This document shows, in pieces, positions 59,513 to 64,000 of a stretch of DNA of 64,000 nt. The translations under genes were made by a program, and so were the position numbers. Below the pieces are notes generated by a model. It searched no databases, was not told the origin of the DNA, and saw only the letters and a program-made list of their open reading frames with translations. Origin of the DNA: Guillardia theta CCMP2712 (Eukaryota; Protista; Cryptophyta); assembly GCF_000315625.1 (NCBI RefSeq), contig NW_005434510.1, positions 45,782 to 109,781 on the forward strand. Direction: 5' to 3'. Each line of letters begins with the position of its first letter. The first letter of the stretch is position 1.

Positions 59513-62500
59513 ATGAAGACATCCTGCCTTGCCCTGTTGGTCGCCTCCTTCTCTGTCGTTGACGCCTTCGTCAACCATCACTTCCATGGAAGCATGCTGG
59601 GAAGACCAGCAGCCCATCTCCGGGGGGTGCGGCATTTGCATATGGAGAATAAGCCAAGCAACATACAGGAGCCGCCAGCTCCGATCCCTAACACCCCGAA
59701 CGCCATGGAGCCAGCGAAGCCGCAGACGCTGCAGGAGACGCTCAAGAGCGCAACAGTCGATTCTAAGATGTTCCCGTACTTCGGGTTGTGGTACTTCGGG
59801 AACTGCTACTGTGAGTATGTCTCCTTCATTCGAACGCTTCCACCCTCCCCTCCTGCTCCTATTGTCGTTCCTTCTCCGCTCCCCCGCTCTTCTCCGCTCT
59901 TCTCCGCTCTTCTCCGCTCCCCCGCTCTTCTCTGCTCTCTCCAGATCTCCTCAGTCTCTCCTCGTCTTTCCTTTCTTTCTCTACCTGCGATCTGCTCACC
60001 GCCTGCTTCTTCAGTCATCATCACGAGCAAACTCGCGCTCAACGCGGCCTACGGAGCGGCTGGTTTCCCAGTAGCGATCGCTACCTTGCAGCTCGGGTTC
60101 GGATGCTTGTACGCCTTTTTCCTCTGGGCCACGTCGGGGAGCAAGACAGTGCCCAACATCACAGGAGAGGACGTGTTCAAGATGCTCCCTGTGAGTGAGG
60201 AGGAGTGGTCAGAGGGGAGGGGGGGAGGGAGGGAGGAGGAGGAGGAGGAGGAGGAGGAGGAGGGGGGGAGGGGGAGGAGGAGGGGGAGGGGGAGGGGGAG
60301 GAGCAAGAGGAGGAGGAGCAAGAGGAGGAGGAGCAAGAGGAGGAGGAGGAGGAGGAGGAGGAGGAGCAAGACGAAGGGAGGAGGAGGAGGAGAAGGAGCA
60401 AGAGGAAGGGAGGAGGAGGAAGGGAGGAGAAGGTCAGGGTTGAGGTAGTGAAGGAGGCAGAGGTTGTGATGGACAAGGATAGGGCATCGGAGAGGAACGA
60501 GGAAGGGGCGGGGCGGGGAGGATGTGGAGAGGATCGAGGAAGTCTGATGCCGCTGGTCCTGACGTTGAACTTTCAGGTTGCTTTCTACGCAGCTCTTGCC
60601 CACTCGCTCTTCGTGTACTCCATCGGAGCAGGAGCCGTTTCCCTCAGCTTGCTTGTCCGGGCCGCAGAGCCTGTGTTTGCGGACTTTCTGGCAGCAGCGA
60701 CGGACAAGAAGAAGGTGAGAAGAGGAGAGAAGAGGGAGAAGCAGCAGCAAGCAGAAGACGAAGGAAGGGGACAGGGAGGAGGAAGGGTAGAGATGAAAGC
60801 AACAAAGGAGGGAGAGGAGGGAGATGGACAACCGAGTGAGGAGGGAGGGGAGGAGAATGAAGGGCAGGAAAGAGAGGAGGAGAATGAAGGGGAGGAGGGA
60901 GAGGAGAGAAATGTGGGAGAGGGGGGTTCTGATTGTGCACCAGATGTCCAATGCTAAGATTTTGAGCCTCCTCCCAATCATCGGAGGGATCTACTTTGCC
61001 TGCAACCAGCAGTCTGACTTCGCCTGGACGGCTGTCATAGCTGCATGCATGTCCAACTTCTTCTCCGTGTACAAGGTGACTCCTCCTCCTCCTGCTCCCG
61101 TTGCTCCTGCTCTTGCTCTTGCTCTTGCTCTTGCTCCTGCTCTTGCTCCTCTCACCGGTTGCGCTCTTTCTCCTCTTTGGGCACCTTATGCTCGTTGTCC
61201 TTGTCCTCTCCCTCGTTCCCCTGTTGACCTCTCACCCTCCATCAGGACTACAACCAGAACAAGCTTGTGGCCGAGGCAGACACTACGGAGCACCGCAAGT
61301 CTGTCGGCAACCAGTTCGAGCTCACCATGCTCCTCTCGTTCTTCCTCTCTATCCCGATGATGATATCAGCGGAGGGCGTCTACTGGGACGCGTTCGGCGT
61401 CCTGCTCAACAGCGATCCTATCATCCTGCTCAACATCATCGCCTCTGGTCTCTGGCTCTATGGCTCCAACCTGGTCGCCAACCGCTACATCAAGGACCCG
61501 CCGCCTGTTGTCAACTCGCTCCTCCATGCCGGCCGGTACGCCTTCGTCATGGTCGGAGGGGCCCTGGCGCTCGCCGAGTCCATCGGCCCAGCGCAGCTGG
61601 TGACGTACGCAGTCGGCCTCGGAGGAGTCTTCCTCTACTCTCTCATGGATACTCTCTTTCCTCCAGGGCCAGACAGGGAGGAGGAGCTGAAGGAGTGGAG
61701 GAAGGACAAGAAGGAGAGCAGGATACGTTCAGGTCTCTCTGCTCTCTTCCACTTCCGCCGCTCGTCCAAGGCCCAGCAGCGCTCCCCTCGCTCCTCCTCC
61801 GTCAGAGTTGTTCGCTCGTGGAACCGTCCCCTCAGCATGCTCAGGTTCCCCAAGGCAGGAGGAGGAGAGGAGGTGAAGGGAGCAGCTCCTGTCCGAGCTG
61901 AAGGTGCTGTCGCCCCAAAAAGCGACGCAGAGAAGGAGGGGCAGGTGAAGCCTCTGAAGCCGTTCGGGCCCGAGCACGACTACCTGCGTCTCGTCGTCGT
62001 TGACCGGTCGGAGAGGAAGGGGAGAGCGACGGGGAGAGAGGAGAAGAGGAAGGGGCTCGAGGCGTTCCGACGGTACCACGAGCAAAGGAGGAGGAGGACT
62101 CAGGAGACTAACAGGAGGGATCCGAGCATCATGCTGCTCGCCGTGTGGAGGGCGTCCAAGAGTCTGCTGCGGCTGGGAGGCAAGAAGGAGGGGAGCGGCT
62201 CCAAGAGGAAGAGGTTTATGGAGCTGCTGTCCTCGACTTCGAGCATGTGGCGCCTGCCGCACGCATACAGGGAGAGGAGGAGCGAGCAGAGCACGTACAA
62301 GGGCAGGAGGTTCAGAGACTTGGCCAGCAAATTGGTCAGAGCAGACAGTGACAAGGAGGCGAAGCCGGAGGCAGCTGCTCTCTCACACTCCTCCCTCCCC
62401 CGTTCAGCTCGCTCCTCCCGCTCTCTCTGCCGAATGCTCAGCAGGAGCAGGTCTCTCCGTCCCTCCATAATGCGCATCAAGCAGCTGCTGTCCCGCTCGG

Positions 62501-63237
62501 CCCCCAGGTCCTCCCCTGCTGCTGCTCCCGAGACCCTCGAGGTTCCGGTGAGGAGAACGAGGAGGTACCGTGACACGATGGCACCTGCTCTGCTGGGCAG
62601 GTCGCTGACTGCGAGGATGGCGATGAAGGCGAGCAGGAGGAGGGAGACGGGGATGGCGCGGGAGGAAGACAGAGCGGGCACTACCCCCTCCCTCGGCAGG
62701 CGCAGGAGCACGCAGAGGCGGTACAGGGACATCGTGAAGATGGAGGGGACGGCAAGCGCCGCGTCGACGACCATGAAGATGGCGATGAAGGCGAGGATGA
62801 GGAGAGGGTCTGGCATGGAGACGAGTGCAGCACAGGAGGAAGCGATCGCGCCGATCTTCACCAGCACCGTCCCCTCCTTCCCTCCTCCCCTCAGCGGCAG
62901 CGACGGCGAGCAGAGGAGGATGAGGAGGCAGAGGGACCTGGTGGGGCAGCGAGGGACGGGGACAGCGGGAGGGAGGAGGATGGCAGGCTACAAGACTCTG
63001 CGGGAGAAGGCGATGGAGAGGAGAGTGCAGGAGGCTGCTCCTGCTCCTTCGTTCTCCTCCGAGGACTACCTCTCCTTCCTGAACGCGTACGCTGAGGCGC
63101 CCAAGAACACAGCTGCTCCCAGGGCCCCGAGGAGGAAGGTCGTTGGAGGAGGAGGAGGAGGAGCGATACCGCAGATGCGGCGGCACGTGCCCAGGAGGGA
63201 TCTAGTGACTAGGAATGCGAGGAGGAGAGTGTTGTGA
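59513..63237 (+). CDS. plastid phosphate translocator (TPT/pPT family)-like protein with long basic C-terminal extension
   Basis: Bipartite presequence MKTSCLALLVASFSVVDA-FV. Spliced YFGLWYFGNCYFIITSKLALN, FPVAIATLQLGFG, GAGAVSLSLLVRAAEPVF, LSLLPIIGG, ACMSN, GLGGVFLYSL. Confidence 0.85.
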
Positions 63238-63730
63238 GTTTGTTGTTGTTGTATAGCATGAGGGAGAGGAGGAGAGAGATAGAGAGACAGAGGAGGGAGT
63301 GGCAGGGAGGGAGGCTGAACCCGCGGAGAGGAGAGGAGGAGGAGCAGGCAGAGGAGGTTTATTCTCCTTGTGCTGCTCCTTCATTCACGTCTTGCTCCCT
63401 CTCCTTCATCCTCCTTCTAGTGGTGAAATATTTTGTGTACAAAACGATCTCTTTGTAAAACTTCTCTGAAAGTGACTCTGAATGGACACGTTCCTCCTCC
63501 TACTTCTTTCGCTCCTCCTCCTCTCCTCCTCGTTCCTTTCTCACCTTCTTTCAAGGAGGACAGGAGAGGACAAGGGTGTGGAGGAGGTTGCAGTGGGAGG
63601 AAAAGAGGAGGAGAGAGAAAGTGAAAGAAACTGTTTCATCCAACACAAAAATTTCATCATGTGGTATGATGTTAACTGCCGATGCTGTTGCTCCTCCTCC
63701 TCCTCCTCCTCCTCCTCCTCCTCCTCCCAC

Positions 63731-63881
63731 TCAGCTTCGATCTCCGTCTTTCCGCTCTGACTCCTCCTCTCGCTCCCTCACCCTCCCGATCCTCGAGGCG
63801 TCGTAAGGCTTCGGGAAGGGCAGGCCCATGTAGAAGGCAAGCTCCTGTATCCTCCTTCCTCCGTACAGCGCTCCTGGTTCC
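63731..63881 (-). CDS. probable terminal exon of a gene continuing beyond the window
   Basis: cag|GTGGAACCAGGA... reads VEPGALYGGRRIQELAFYMGLPFPKPYDASRIGR...* and follows a purine-rich intron. Confidence 0.4.
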
Positions 63882-64000
63882 ACCTGCTACTGGTTCAGAA
63901 CCTCTGCTCACTTCTCCTCCTCCCCTCTTCTCTTCTTCCTTCGCCCCTCCCCTCCCCTCCCCTTCCCTCTCTCCTCCTCTCCTCCTCCTCTCCACCTCCT

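Noticed and set aside
59110-59574. 154-aa minus-strand ORF overlapping the translocator start
   Set aside because: No recognisable motifs and it overlaps a well-supported plus-strand gene start. Insufficient support.

Overview
Eukaryotic, gene-dense, intron-rich genomic DNA. Introns are mostly short GT-AG with CTGAC branch points, and many are filled with (CCT)n/(GGA)n tracts. Several genes carry bipartite signal+'AF' plastid presequences, which points to an alga with a red-derived complex plastid, probably a cryptophyte (inference). About 19 protein genes are recognisable: DBR1, PP2C, E2F, a PsaN-like lumenal protein, an ankyrin protein, RFT1, a 2OG-Fe(II) oxygenase, a Cys-rich/kinase/PARP fusion, a MAK-type kinase, a CSD-WW-ANK-parvulin fusion, a RhoGAP-like gene, an NDUFA12/NDUFAF2-family gene, a divergent plastid phosphate translocator and several hypothetical genes. 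The standout feature is 22281-25320. It has no convincing coding ORF but contains 22 consecutive AG-(3 or 6 nt)-GT micro-exons, most preceded by a distant CTGAC-type branch point and an AG-poor zone. Spliced in phase 0 they are stop-free and sit inside a RING-like Cys/His module at the N-terminus of a non-RD kinase + PARP protein. This suggests a single-codon, splicing-based diversification cassette. Gene boundaries were read by eye and are approximate where stated. There are two assembly gaps (48657-49137, 55800-55899).
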